A DNA stretch of 64,000 nt from an uncultured Verrucomicrobiota bacterium (GTDB lineage Bacteria > Verrucomicrobiota > Verrucomicrobiia > Palsa-1439), in contig CAZMKD010000024.1 in NCBI GenBank assembly GCA_964566575.1, forward strand, positions 14 to 64,013, written 5' to 3'. The notes beneath the pieces are model-generated. The model did no database searches. It had not been told where the DNA came from and saw only the letters and a program-made list of their open reading frames with translations. The translations under genes were made by a program, and so were the position numbers. Positions 27,990 through 36,991 of this stretch are shown piece after piece. Every line of letters starts with the position of its first letter. The stretch's first letter is position 1.

Positions 27990-29189
27990 TCAGCGATCGG
28001 ACAACGCGGCAACCCCCGGCAGTTCCTTGCCTTCCAAAAACTCCAGCGACGCGCCGCCGCCGGTGCTGATGAACGTAACGTCCTTGGCCACGCCAGCCGC
28101 CTTCACGGCTTTCGCGCTGTCGCCGCCGCCGATGATCGAGGTCGCGGCCTTGTTACCGGCTACAGCCTTCGCCACGCTGAACGTGCCGTTCGAAAACTCC
28201 GGTATTTCGAAGATGCCCATCGGCCCGTTCCAGACGATCGTCTTCGCGCCGGCGATCTCTTTCCTGTAGCGCTCGATGGTTTGCGTCCCGATATCCACGC
28301 CGCACCAGCCGTCCTCGATGCTCGGGCCGTCGGTGACGCGCGTCGTCGCGCCGGCTTTGGGTTCGGTCGCTTGCAGATGATCGAGTGGCAACAGGAACGT
28401 CTTGCCCTTCGCCTTCGCGAGCAACTCGCCGGCAAGACCGACCTTGTCGTTCTCGACGAGCGATTTGCCGATGCCGAATCCCTGCGCCTTGTTGAACGTG
28501 TACGCCATCGCGCCGCCGATGAGAATCGCGTCGGCCTTCTGCAGCAGGTTTTCGATGACCGCGATCTTATCGGAAACTTTCGCGCCGCCGAGAATTACGA
28601 CGAACGGTCGTCCCGGGTTTGCCAACGCGCCGCCGAGGTATTTTAATTCCTTCTCCATCAGAAAACCGGCCGCCGCTTTGCCGCCGCGCTTTTTGATGAT
28701 CTCCGCCGCCGCGGCTGTCGAAGCGTGCGCCCGATGCGCCGTCCCGAACGCGTCGTTGACGTAGATGTCGATTCCATTCGCGAGCTTACCGGCAAACGCC
28801 GCGTCGTTCTTCTCTTCCTCCGCATAGAATCGCAGGTTCTCCAGCACCAGAACGTCGCCCGGTTGCAGGATGGCCTTGGTATTCTCGACCTTGTCGCCGA
28901 TGCAATCGTCCACGAACGCCACCGGCCGCGACAAAATCTCCGCCAACCGTTGCGCCGCCGGCCGCAACGACTGTTTCGGATCGCGTTTCCCTTTCGGCCG
29001 GCCGAGGTGTGAACACAAAATGACGCGCGCGCCGTACTGCCAGAGATACTCCAACGTCGGCACGGTTGCCTTGATGCGCTTGTCGTCGGTGATCGCGCCG
29101 GTCTCGTCGAGCGGCACGTTGTAATCAACGCGGCAGAGCACTGTCTTGCCGCGAATGTCCTTCAGATCGTTAATGGAAAGTTTCGCCAT
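27990..29189 (-). CDS. pgk: Phosphoglycerate kinase
   Basis: Starts at 'MAKLSINDLKDIRGKTVLCRVDYNVPL'; canonical PGK motifs throughout. Confidence 0.9.
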   Translation of the reverse strand: MAKLSINDLKDIRGKTVLCRVDYNVPLDETGAITDDKRIKATVPTLEYLWQYGARVILCSHLGRPKGKRDPKQSLRPAAQRLAEILSRPVAFVDDCIGDKVENTKAILQPGDVLVLENLRFYAEEEKNDAAFAGKLANGIDIYVNDAFGTAHRAHASTAAAAEIIKKRGGKAAAGFLMEKELKYLGGALANPGRPFVVILGGAKVSDKIAVIENLLQKADAILIGGAMAYTFNKAQGFGIGKSLVENDKVGLAGELLAKAKGKTFLLPLDHLQATEPKAGATTRVTDGPSIEDGWCGVDIGTQTIERYRKEIAGAKTIVWNGPMGIFEIPEFSNGTFSVAKAVAGNKAATSIIGGGDSAKAVKAAGVAKDVTFISTGGGASLEFLEGKELPGVAALSDR

Positions 29190-29239
29190 AAGCTCCGGCG
29201 AGAGTAGCGGAAGACGAAGGTGAGTCAAACTGAAAACCG

Positions 29240-29995
29240 TCAGTGCCACACGTTCAGATACATCGGTCGGACATGCACCTCGCCGCCCGGAAAGTAGAAT
29301 GTCTTCTCGTACGAAAACGTTCGTGAGGCCGGGTCGTATTTCAACACGCGCGGCCGGTCGGTGTAGTTCGGATCGTAGATGAGATAGCCGCCGTCCGTGG
29401 CGGCGTACGCCACCACGGCGTGGTTGATGTCAACGTTGGGAAAATTGTAGAGCCACAAGACCATCGGATGCCCGCGTGCCAGCCACCGGTCGAGCAACTC
29501 GTGGAAATACGCGTGCTCGGCCCGCGTCGGCTCAATCTGCATTACGTATTTACGCGTGTGAAAATACGTTGTCCAACCGGCGCCGAGGTTGGCCCGCAGA
29601 ACCTTGCCGTCTCGCTCACTGAACTCGTGCAAGCCCGCGTAACCGGGGAAGACAATCTTCTCTGCCGGAATCGAATCCCACGCCGCATGCCGTGTGACCT
29701 CGCGCACGCGTCGGGCAAGTTCGTCGGGGCTTACCGGTGACGCGGCCGCATCGAAGCGAGCGTGTTTCCAGAATTGCACCGCGGTCGCCGCCATCACGAA
29801 ACAACGCCGGCTGTAATGGTCACCATCTTGCCGGTCATCGGTCACGCGGCTGCCGTCGCGGTAGCTGAAGACCGTTTCGTTGGCGAATGCGTACGTGTCC
29901 TCCGGGAATCGAAACGGCCGGGTTTCGCCGCGCGGTGGTTGCGTCGGCAACGTCGAACAGCCGGCCAGTAGCAGCAATAGGATTGAGGATCTCAT
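29240..29995 (-). CDS. Hypothetical lipoprotein
   Basis: Lipobox 'LLLAGCS' after the signal peptide; 251 aa. Confidence 0.6.
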   Translation of the reverse strand: MRSSILLLLLAGCSTLPTQPPRGETRPFRFPEDTYAFANETVFSYRDGSRVTDDRQDGDHYSRRCFVMAATAVQFWKHARFDAAASPVSPDELARRVREVTRHAAWDSIPAEKIVFPGYAGLHEFSERDGKVLRANLGAGWTTYFHTRKYVMQIEPTRAEHAYFHELLDRWLARGHPMVLWLYNFPNVDINHAVVAYAATDGGYLIYDPNYTDRPRVLKYDPASRTFSYEKTFYFPGGEVHVRPMYLNVWH

Positions 29996-30635
29996 CGCAG
30001 TTCCATCAACGCCTGGAAATCGGCATCGTGTTCGACGTTTCTAGGATGAAACAGGAATTCATGCAACCCCGATGCCGGCAATTTCGCTATCGCGACGCGT
30101 ACTTCGGCGGCGTTCATCCGAAACGTGCGGTGGACGCCCCACAATGTGTTGCTCGTGCGAAACGGACTGCGCGGCCACCAACCAGCGCGGCGCACCCAAC
30201 CGTCGAACGACGCCGGCAACACATCGAGCATCGCGCGGAAGACGAACGGATGTGTGTGCAGATGATGATGGGAATTGACGAAGGCGCAGCGCAATCCCGT
30301 CGCTTGAAATTGTTCCCATTGCGCCGCGACTTCGTGCCGCATCAACGCGCGCGCCTTGCCAAACAAGCCGATGGCCCAGCCGGCTTTCGCGTACGAATCG
30401 CCCCACGGCCACTCGGCGCACGTGACCGGCCGCGAATGACATACGTGCAAATGCCAACCCACTTGCAGCGCCGGCGTCGCGACGGCGAGCGTCACGGCGT
30501 CGTCCGTGGCCGGCTGTCCCATCATCAGACTTGCGCCGTGCAACGCGCCGTCGCGGTGGGCGCGCACGATGGCGGCGTTGGCCGCGTGGGTGATGCCGAA
30601 ATCGTCGGCGATGAAAAAGACTTCTCGATTCAAGA
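29992..30635 (-). CDS. YdjC/ChbG-family carbohydrate deacetylase (HpnK-like)
   Basis: 'EVFFIADDFGITHAANAAI…' is the YdjC N-terminal motif; probable TTG start near 30635 to avoid overlapping the divergent epimerase gene. Confidence 0.6.
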
Positions 30636-30655
30636 CGGAACGGTATACTGCCGCA

Positions 30656-31681
30656 ATGCTCGCGGGTTCGCAATGCCTCGTTACCGGCGGCACCGGTTTC
30701 ATCGGCCGCTACGTCGTGCGCCGCCTGCTCGCCCACGGCGCAAACGTGCGCGTGTCCTGCCGGTCGCGCACGAAGGCGGAACGACTCTTCGGCAACGCCG
30801 TCGAGACCGGCGATTCCTGCCGGGGCGTTGAGATTGTCTTCCATCTGGCCGGCGTCTACCAGTTTGGCCGACGCGCCACGGCGGAGATGTTCGCCACGAA
30901 CGTCCGGGGCACGGAGCGTCTTCTCGAAGCCGCGTGGGACGCGCGTGTCGAGCGATTCGTCCACATCAGCTCCTCTGGCGTTCTCACCTGCAACGGCGCA
31001 CCGATCAGCGAAAGCAGCTTTCCCCTCTACGTTTCACCACGCGAGTCGTACAGGCACTCGAAGTGGCTCGGCGAACTCGCCGCGTTGGCAGCCGCCAAAC
31101 GCGGCTTGCCGGTAACCATCGGCAGCCCGACAAGTCCCCTCGGCGCGGAAGATGAGACGCCGACGCCGACCGGTCGAATCGTCGCCGACTTCGTGGCCGG
31201 TAGGTTTCCGTTCTCGACGCGAACAGCGTTAAACTTTGTCGACGTGACCGAGCTAGCCGACGGCATCCTGGCGTTGGCCAATCGCGGTCGCACTGGCGAG
31301 CGTTACATCCTCGGCCATCACAATATTTGGCTTACGGATTTCCTCCAAGTCCTCGAACGTTGCTGCGACTTGCCACGCTCGGAGCGTGGCCGGCCCGCGC
31401 CGCGCCGGGAATTACCGTGGCCGGTCATTGCCGCCGCGGCCGGCATTGGTGAAGTGGCCGGGGCGTCACGAGTGTGCTGGGAAACGGCGCGGGGCGCTCG
31501 CAAACGCCAATTCTTCGACCTCCGCAAGGCTACCGACGAACTCGGTTGGCAGGGCCGGACGCCGATTGAAACCAGCGCTCGCGCCGCGGTTGCATGGTTT
31601 CGCCGTCAGCCGGTACGCGAGCCACTGGTGCTCGCCCCAGTCCGAGCAGGGCAAGCCGAGACGAATGTCGCTGCATCCTGA
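30656..31681 (+). CDS. NAD-dependent epimerase/dehydratase (HpnA-like sugar epimerase)
   Basis: Rossmann motif 'LVTGGTGFIGRYVVRRLL', catalytic 'YRHSK'. Confidence 0.75.
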   Translation: MLAGSQCLVTGGTGFIGRYVVRRLLAHGANVRVSCRSRTKAERLFGNAVETGDSCRGVEIVFHLAGVYQFGRRATAEMFATNVRGTERLLEAAWDARVERFVHISSSGVLTCNGAPISESSFPLYVSPRESYRHSKWLGELAALAAAKRGLPVTIGSPTSPLGAEDETPTPTGRIVADFVAGRFPFSTRTALNFVDVTELADGILALANRGRTGERYILGHHNIWLTDFLQVLERCCDLPRSERGRPAPRRELPWPVIAAAAGIGEVAGASRVCWETARGARKRQFFDLRKATDELGWQGRTPIETSARAAVAWFRRQPVREPLVLAPVRAGQAETNVAAS

Positions 31682-32813
31682 GTGGTGGTTGTGCGGTTGG
31701 ACGGTCGCCGCCGCCGCGTGGTGGATCATCGCCATTGTGTTTGTAGGCCGTGTGACCTCACGCGGCGCAGCGCGGGCGCCCGCTGAGATCAGCGCGCCAA
31801 CACTGAAACTTTCCATTTTCAAACCCATCCCATCGATCCACGACGATTCCCTGTTTGCCGCCGTGGAATCATTCGCGAGCCAACTCGACGAGCACAGCGA
31901 ACTGTTGCTCGGCATCGAGGAACAACACGCCACACGTTGGCAATCGTTTCGGCGGGACCGGGTGAAACTGATTTGTTTGCCGCGACCGGCGCAGTTTCTC
32001 AGCCCGAAAGTTTCGTGGTTTCACACGCTGGCCGGACACGCGACCGGAGAACTCTGGCTGTGGAGCGATGCCGACATGGTCTTGCCGGCAGGCGGGTTGG
32101 CTTCGCTCCGTCAAGAATTCGCGTCGAGCGGCTGCGCGCTGCTGACGACGCCGTACGTGGTGCGGCAAGCCAACGGCGCGGCGACACTCGAAGCCTTGTT
32201 TGTGAATGCGGAGTTTTATCCCGGCGTGCTCGCCGCGGCCGGTCGAATGAACTTCGCGATGGGTGCGGGGATGATGTTTCGTGCCGATGATTTCCGCCAG
32301 CGCGTGAAGTGGGAAGCCCTAGGTTGCCGGCTCGCGGACGATAATCTGCTCGGGCAGACGCTCACGCCGGTCCGGGTCAGCGATCTGACGTTGGAGACGT
32401 TGCCGGCGTCCGTGGGATGGGGCGACGCGATTGCGCATTATGCGCGGTGGCACAAGACGGTGCGCTGGTGTCGGCCCGGCGGTTACGCGGCGCAATTGCT
32501 CATCCTGCCGGTATTGGGTTGGGCGGTGATCGGCGCTTGGCCGTTTGCGCTCGCCACAATGCAACTGGAAGTGCTTGCGGCGTGGCTGTTGTGCCGGCAA
32601 GCCGGAATGTGGGAGCGCCCTTCCGGGCGCGATGGCTGCCGGTCGCGCCCGGAAGGGCGCTCCCACAAAATCATTCCGACGGTTCTCGCGCTGGAACTGT
32701 GGAGCATGTTGCGCGCGGTCACGTGGCTGGCGTGTTGGCTGCCGTGGCCGGTCACGTTCCACTCGCAGCGCCGCAAATGGTACAGCTTGTATCGGTCCGA
32801 ACCGATTACTTGA
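31665..32813 (+). CDS. Family-2 glycosyltransferase (HpnI-like / ceramide-glucosyltransferase-like), containing an in-frame palindromic insert
   Basis: N-terminal TM, 'WSDADMV' D-x-D region, C-terminal TM helices; starts at 'MSLHPEWW'; a 58-bp perfect inverted repeat lies inside the ORF (32609-32666). Confidence 0.65.
   Translation: MSLHPEWWLCGWTVAAAAWWIIAIVFVGRVTSRGAARAPAEISAPTLKLSIFKPIPSIHDDSLFAAVESFASQLDEHSELLLGIEEQHATRWQSFRRDRVKLICLPRPAQFLSPKVSWFHTLAGHATGELWLWSDADMVLPAGGLASLRQEFASSGCALLTTPYVVRQANGAATLEALFVNAEFYPGVLAAAGRMNFAMGAGMMFRADDFRQRVKWEALGCRLADDNLLGQTLTPVRVSDLTLETLPASVGWGDAIAHYARWHKTVRWCRPGGYAAQLLILPVLGWAVIGAWPFALATMQLEVLAAWLLCRQAGMWERPSGRDGCRSRPEGRSHKIIPTVLALELWSMLRAVTWLACWLPWPVTFHSQRRKWYSLYRSEPIT
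32609..32666. repeat. Perfect 24-bp inverted repeat with a 10-nt spacer (GTGGGAGCGCCCTTCCGGGCGCGA-N10-TCGCGCCCGGAAGGGCGCTCCCAC) within the GT2 coding sequence
   Basis: The arms are exact reverse complements; they encode an Arg-rich segment 'MWERPSGRDGCRSRPEGRSH'. Confidence 0.8.
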
Positions 32814-33423
32814 TGCCGAAGTCGAAGATCGTGCCGGCCCCGCCGATCGGGCGGAAGAAGCAATACTCGCCGGGGGCGAGGTCTTGTTCGACCGTGATCT
32901 TAAACACGCCGGGCGACACTTTTTCGGAGTTGAATCCACGGACGGCTTTCTTGTCCACGCCCGCCTTGCTGCCGGAGTACCACCCGGCTTTGCCGACGAC
33001 GAGACGGCGCGTCTTGCCTTTGTCTTTGATTTCCATCGCGGACAAGGCGTAGTCGTCGGGCGAAAGATTGGCGTCTTCGCCGAGCCCGCCGCCGACGTTG
33101 CCAAAGTAGAAGTAGAATGTCGGCCGGCGCTCGGTGATCTGCACGGCGGCATTGCCGCCTTCGATCACGGCTTTCTGCTTGGTTTCCTGGCCGTAGCCGC
33201 CAAAGAACGCAAAGCCTTGCTTGGTTTTGCCGTAGGACGTGGTCTCGATCTTGGTCATCTTCTTCGCCCCGCCGGTTTCGGTGTAATGGTAAATGCCAAG
33301 CTCGTGCGGCGCCGCCGGGTCGTTCGGGTCGCCGACGGCTGGTTGCGCTTCTTCCGCGCGTACGACGGCGACGGCCAGCAATGAGGCCAAGCCGAGATTC
33401 AGAATTGTCACAGCAATCTTCAT
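32806..33423 (-). CDS. Secreted hypothetical protein (paralogue A)
   Basis: Signal peptide 'MKIAVTILNLGLASLLAVAVVRA'; C-terminal '…GEYCFFRPIGGAGTIFDFGIK' is shared with paralogue B. Confidence 0.6.
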   Translation of the reverse strand: MKIAVTILNLGLASLLAVAVVRAEEAQPAVGDPNDPAAPHELGIYHYTETGGAKKMTKIETTSYGKTKQGFAFFGGYGQETKQKAVIEGGNAAVQITERRPTFYFYFGNVGGGLGEDANLSPDDYALSAMEIKDKGKTRRLVVGKAGWYSGSKAGVDKKAVRGFNSEKVSPGVFKITVEQDLAPGEYCFFRPIGGAGTIFDFGIK

Positions 33424-33501
33424 GAGTTCCTCCTGTTATTGAATTGTATTTTACAGTCCTGGCAGGTCTTATTCAAATCAAAACATGCGACTGCCGATGG
33501 C

Positions 33502-34299
33502 TCACTGTTTTGCTTTGATTCCAAAATCGAACAAATCAACCTGCCCGTGCTTAAGCGCTTCGCGCGAGGCATCCGCATTGTGGATGAAGCAGTACTCGCC
33601 GCGCGTCAGATCCTGCGTTGGGATGATCTTGAAAATGCCAAGGGCGACCTTGTCGGCGGTTGTCGCTACGAATGCCTTTGGGTCGAGACCACTCTTCGTG
33701 CCGCCAAAGAATTCCTGTTTGCCGACAGCCAAACGTCGATCATTCTTGTCAGCGCGAACCTCAAGCCGGGCGAGAACAAGATCATTTGCGTCCGCATCGG
33801 CGTCAGATGCCGGCGTGTAATAGTAGAAGGTGGGTCGCCCATCGCCCGTTTGCAGTGTCGCTGCTGCGCCGTACAGCGTGGCTCTTGACTTCTTGTTCCA
33901 GCCGCTCGACCTGCCCGCATCCTTTGGCTTGAGCCGCGTCATTTTTGGCTGGCCATCGACCTCTTGGTAAAGCCACAAACCAGTTTCATGTGAGACGAGA
34001 GGGTCGTTCGACACAGCCGCCATCGTTGGCTGCGCCTTCGGGGTTTCGGCTTGTGGGTGGGAAATACTCATCATTGCGCGGATGATGCTATCCGAAACGC
34101 CAGCCGCCTTGAGTTGTTTCAGGCCATCGGTGCTGAGGTCGAATTCCCCTTGAGAGTTCTTGATCTTGTCGAAGATCAAATCCTCGGCAAGCCCAACCTT
34201 TTGGAGTTCGATCACACTGTTGTTGGTGAGTGTTTCCGTGGCAGCGAACACACGGACCGCCAAGGCCAGCCCAAGAATTATGGTAAATGTTCCTCTCAT
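33502..34299 (-). CDS. Secreted hypothetical protein (paralogue B)
   Basis: Starts at 'MRGTFTIILGLALAVRVFA'; C-terminal '…GEYCFIHNADASREALKHGQVDLFDFGIKAKQ' is homologous to paralogue A. Confidence 0.6.
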   Translation of the reverse strand: MRGTFTIILGLALAVRVFAATETLTNNSVIELQKVGLAEDLIFDKIKNSQGEFDLSTDGLKQLKAAGVSDSIIRAMMSISHPQAETPKAQPTMAAVSNDPLVSHETGLWLYQEVDGQPKMTRLKPKDAGRSSGWNKKSRATLYGAAATLQTGDGRPTFYYYTPASDADADANDLVLARLEVRADKNDRRLAVGKQEFFGGTKSGLDPKAFVATTADKVALGIFKIIPTQDLTRGEYCFIHNADASREALKHGQVDLFDFGIKAKQ

Positions 34300-34521
34300 G
34301 TGAGACTCCTCATGGGTTTCTACTGCTGCACACCCTCGGGTGCAACCAAAATGCAACTGCACTCTTGCCCCAGCGCGCCGCTCGTTGCACAATCGGATGC
34401 GAGCGATGACCACCGAGGGCTTTGATATGGAGTGCTGCGGCTTGCCGCAGCTTTGCTGTTCCGGCTGTACGACGAGCCACGCCCGAAGAAAGCGGTGGCA
34501 AGCCACCGCACTCCAAAACCC

Positions 34522-35742
34522 ATGACCACCCCACAATCCCAACGCATTGTCGTCACCGGCCTCGGTGCGGTCACGCCGCTCGGGCCGGACTTGTCGACGA
34601 CATGGCGACGGCTCATAGCCGGCAAAGACGGCGCGGCGCCGGTGGAACTATTCGACGTTTCCGGTTGCCGTTGCAAAATCGGCGGCACGGCGCAGCTTCC
34701 TCCGGTACAATTCGACCGTAAACGCGCCAGACGTCTCACCCGCTCCAGCCAGCTCGCATTGACGGCCGCGCAAGAAGCGCTCGATCACGCGGGATTGCTC
34801 AGCGCCGACGGCAAATCCACTATCGCGGAGTTGCCGGTCTCCGCCAGCACCACTGGCGGCGGCATGACTCTCGGCGAACAATTCTTCCGCGCCGTTGCCG
34901 CGCACCAGCGCGACCGCAGGTACTGGCTCGTCTCGCATTACACCGCGCAACAACAATTACTCGATCTTCAAGAGATCCTCGGATTTCGCGGTCCGGTCAC
35001 TATCATCGCCAACGCCTGTGCCAGTGGCGCCAACGCGGTCGGCCACGCGCGCGACCTCATCCGGTCAGGCCGCGCCGAGTGTGTGCTCGCCGGCGGCTAC
35101 GAAGCGCTGACCGAACTGATCTACGTTGGTTTCGATTGTTTGCAGGCGTTGACGACGGACCGGTGCCGGCCGTTCGACACACAGCGCAACGGCCTCATGC
35201 TCGGTGATGCGGGAGCGTTCCTCGTCCTCGAGTCGGAAGGTCATGCGCGACGCCGCGGCGCGAAGATTTTGTGCGAACTGGCCGGCTACGGCCACGGCAC
35301 CGACTTGCATCATCTCACGCAGCCAAACCCGACCGGCCAACCGCTCGTGCAAGCCGCCGCGATGGCGTTCGCCGATGCCGGGATCGAACCCAGCCAGATT
35401 GGTTACCTCAACGCTCACGGCACGGCCACGCTGTTGAACGACGGCAGCGAAGGCGCAGCCTTCTCAACCATTTTCGGCGACGCCATGCCGCGGATCAGTT
35501 CGACGAAAGCGGCCATCGGCCACACGCTCGGCGCCGCCGGTTCGGTGGAAGCGGTGTTTGCGGTGCAAGCGTTGACGACCGGCGAGTTGCCGCCCCAGCT
35601 CAACGTACGCACGCCGGAGCCGTCCATGGCCGGGCATCTGGTCACGCGAGGCGAACAGAGCACCGCGTCCGCCACGATGAGCGTCAACCTCGGTTTCGGC
35701 GGCTCGAATGCCGCTTTGATATTCTCGCGTCATGAATCTTGA
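34522..35742 (+). CDS. Beta-ketoacyl-ACP synthase (FabF/KS-alpha-like)
   Basis: Active-site Cys in 'IIANACASGANAV'; His residues in 'NAHGTAT' and 'IGHTLGAAG'. Confidence 0.85.
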   Translation: MTTPQSQRIVVTGLGAVTPLGPDLSTTWRRLIAGKDGAAPVELFDVSGCRCKIGGTAQLPPVQFDRKRARRLTRSSQLALTAAQEALDHAGLLSADGKSTIAELPVSASTTGGGMTLGEQFFRAVAAHQRDRRYWLVSHYTAQQQLLDLQEILGFRGPVTIIANACASGANAVGHARDLIRSGRAECVLAGGYEALTELIYVGFDCLQALTTDRCRPFDTQRNGLMLGDAGAFLVLESEGHARRRGAKILCELAGYGHGTDLHHLTQPNPTGQPLVQAAAMAFADAGIEPSQIGYLNAHGTATLLNDGSEGAAFSTIFGDAMPRISSTKAAIGHTLGAAGSVEAVFAVQALTTGELPPQLNVRTPEPSMAGHLVTRGEQSTASATMSVNLGFGGSNAALIFSRHES

Positions 35743-36709
35743 ACTGGGAATTGCCGGCATGGGCGCAGTCTCACCGGTGGGAGTCGGCGTCAACGCGTTG
35801 CTGGCGGCGCGCGAACTGGTGCCGGAAGTGATACCGGCCTACGGCTCGGGCGTGTCCTACCGTGTTTTCCGTGTGAACCAGAAACACGAACGACTCACGC
35901 GCTGGCAGAACGAAGCCCGACTGCGGCGCACGAGCGCTATTTCGGTATTCATGGTTGAAGCCGCAAAACAGGCGCTCGGTGAAACGACGCCGGCATCACT
36001 TGGTATCGTCGCGGCGTTGGGAACTGGCGCGGTGATTCCAACGAGGCGGTTCTACGAGGGCGTCATCAGGAGCGGGCCGCGCTTTGCGAGCCCGAACATT
36101 TTCCCCGAGACGGTTTTCAATTCGCCGGTCAGCCACGTCGCCTCGGTGCTCGGCTCGGCCGGACCGTGTTATTCAGTCATCGGCGATGAAGCGGCGTGGG
36201 TCAGCGCGATCAGCGTGGCGGCGACGTGGCTGGCGAATGGGTTGGTCGAAAATGTGTTGGTCATCGGCGCGGAGGAGTTCGATCCAATATTGCTTGATGC
36301 GTATGCCGCCGTGCGTTGGCTGCGGAACGGGGGACGGTATGTGCCGGCGGAAGGCGCCGTGGCCTTACTGCTGCGGCGAGCGCGATCGGGAGACAAGCGT
36401 GTGGCGGGCATTATCGAGGGTTTCCCGTATCGCAACCGGAAAGACGCCCGCCGGGCGGCGCGGGAATGCGTCGCCGCCGCGGGGACTTGCCGTCTGCTTT
36501 ACCGGTCGGCGCAGAACAATTGGTTCGCTGATATCGAAAAGGAAATCAACGGTCCGAGTGCTCCGGCATTGCCGTATTGCGGCGAGGCGTTTGCGGCGTC
36601 GGCGGCGTGGCACACGGTGCGGGCTGTGTCACAAGCGAGCGATCACATCCTGCAGCCGGTCTGGGGGTTGACGCAGCAATGTTCCGCTTTGCTTTTGGCA
36701 GCAGGCTAA
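35732..36709 (+). CDS. KS-like chain-length-factor-type protein (no active-site Cys)
   Basis: KS fold without the catalytic Cys (…YSVIGDEAAWVSAI…); 11-nt overlap with the upstream KS, as in aryl-polyene KS/CLF pairs. Confidence 0.7.
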   Translation: MNLELGIAGMGAVSPVGVGVNALLAARELVPEVIPAYGSGVSYRVFRVNQKHERLTRWQNEARLRRTSAISVFMVEAAKQALGETTPASLGIVAALGTGAVIPTRRFYEGVIRSGPRFASPNIFPETVFNSPVSHVASVLGSAGPCYSVIGDEAAWVSAISVAATWLANGLVENVLVIGAEEFDPILLDAYAAVRWLRNGGRYVPAEGAVALLLRRARSGDKRVAGIIEGFPYRNRKDARRAARECVAAAGTCRLLYRSAQNNWFADIEKEINGPSAPALPYCGEAFAASAAWHTVRAVSQASDHILQPVWGLTQQCSALLLAAG

Positions 36710-36715
36710 TTATAT

Positions 36716-36985
36716 ATGGTGGCGCGTATGGCACAGGTTTCCTTGGATGAACTCAAGCGGCTGCTCGTCGAGAATTGCGTGTTGAAGGTTGATCTCAACG
36801 AGATCTCCGCGGATACGCCGTTGTTCGGGCCGAACAGCGTGGGGTTGGACTCGTTAGACGCGTTGCAAATGACGGTCGCCATCGAACAGAATTACGGGCG
36901 CGCGATTCCCGATTCGCAGGTCGCCCGGCAAGCGTTGCGCACACTCGGCACGTTGCGCGATTGGTTGGCGCAGCCCGGCGCTTAG
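36716..36985 (+). CDS. Acyl carrier protein
   Basis: Phosphopantetheine attachment motif 'GLDSLDAL'; 89 aa. Confidence 0.75.
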   Translation: MVARMAQVSLDELKRLLVENCVLKVDLNEISADTPLFGPNSVGLDSLDALQMTVAIEQNYGRAIPDSQVARQALRTLGTLRDWLAQPGA

Positions 36986-36991
36986 GACGTC

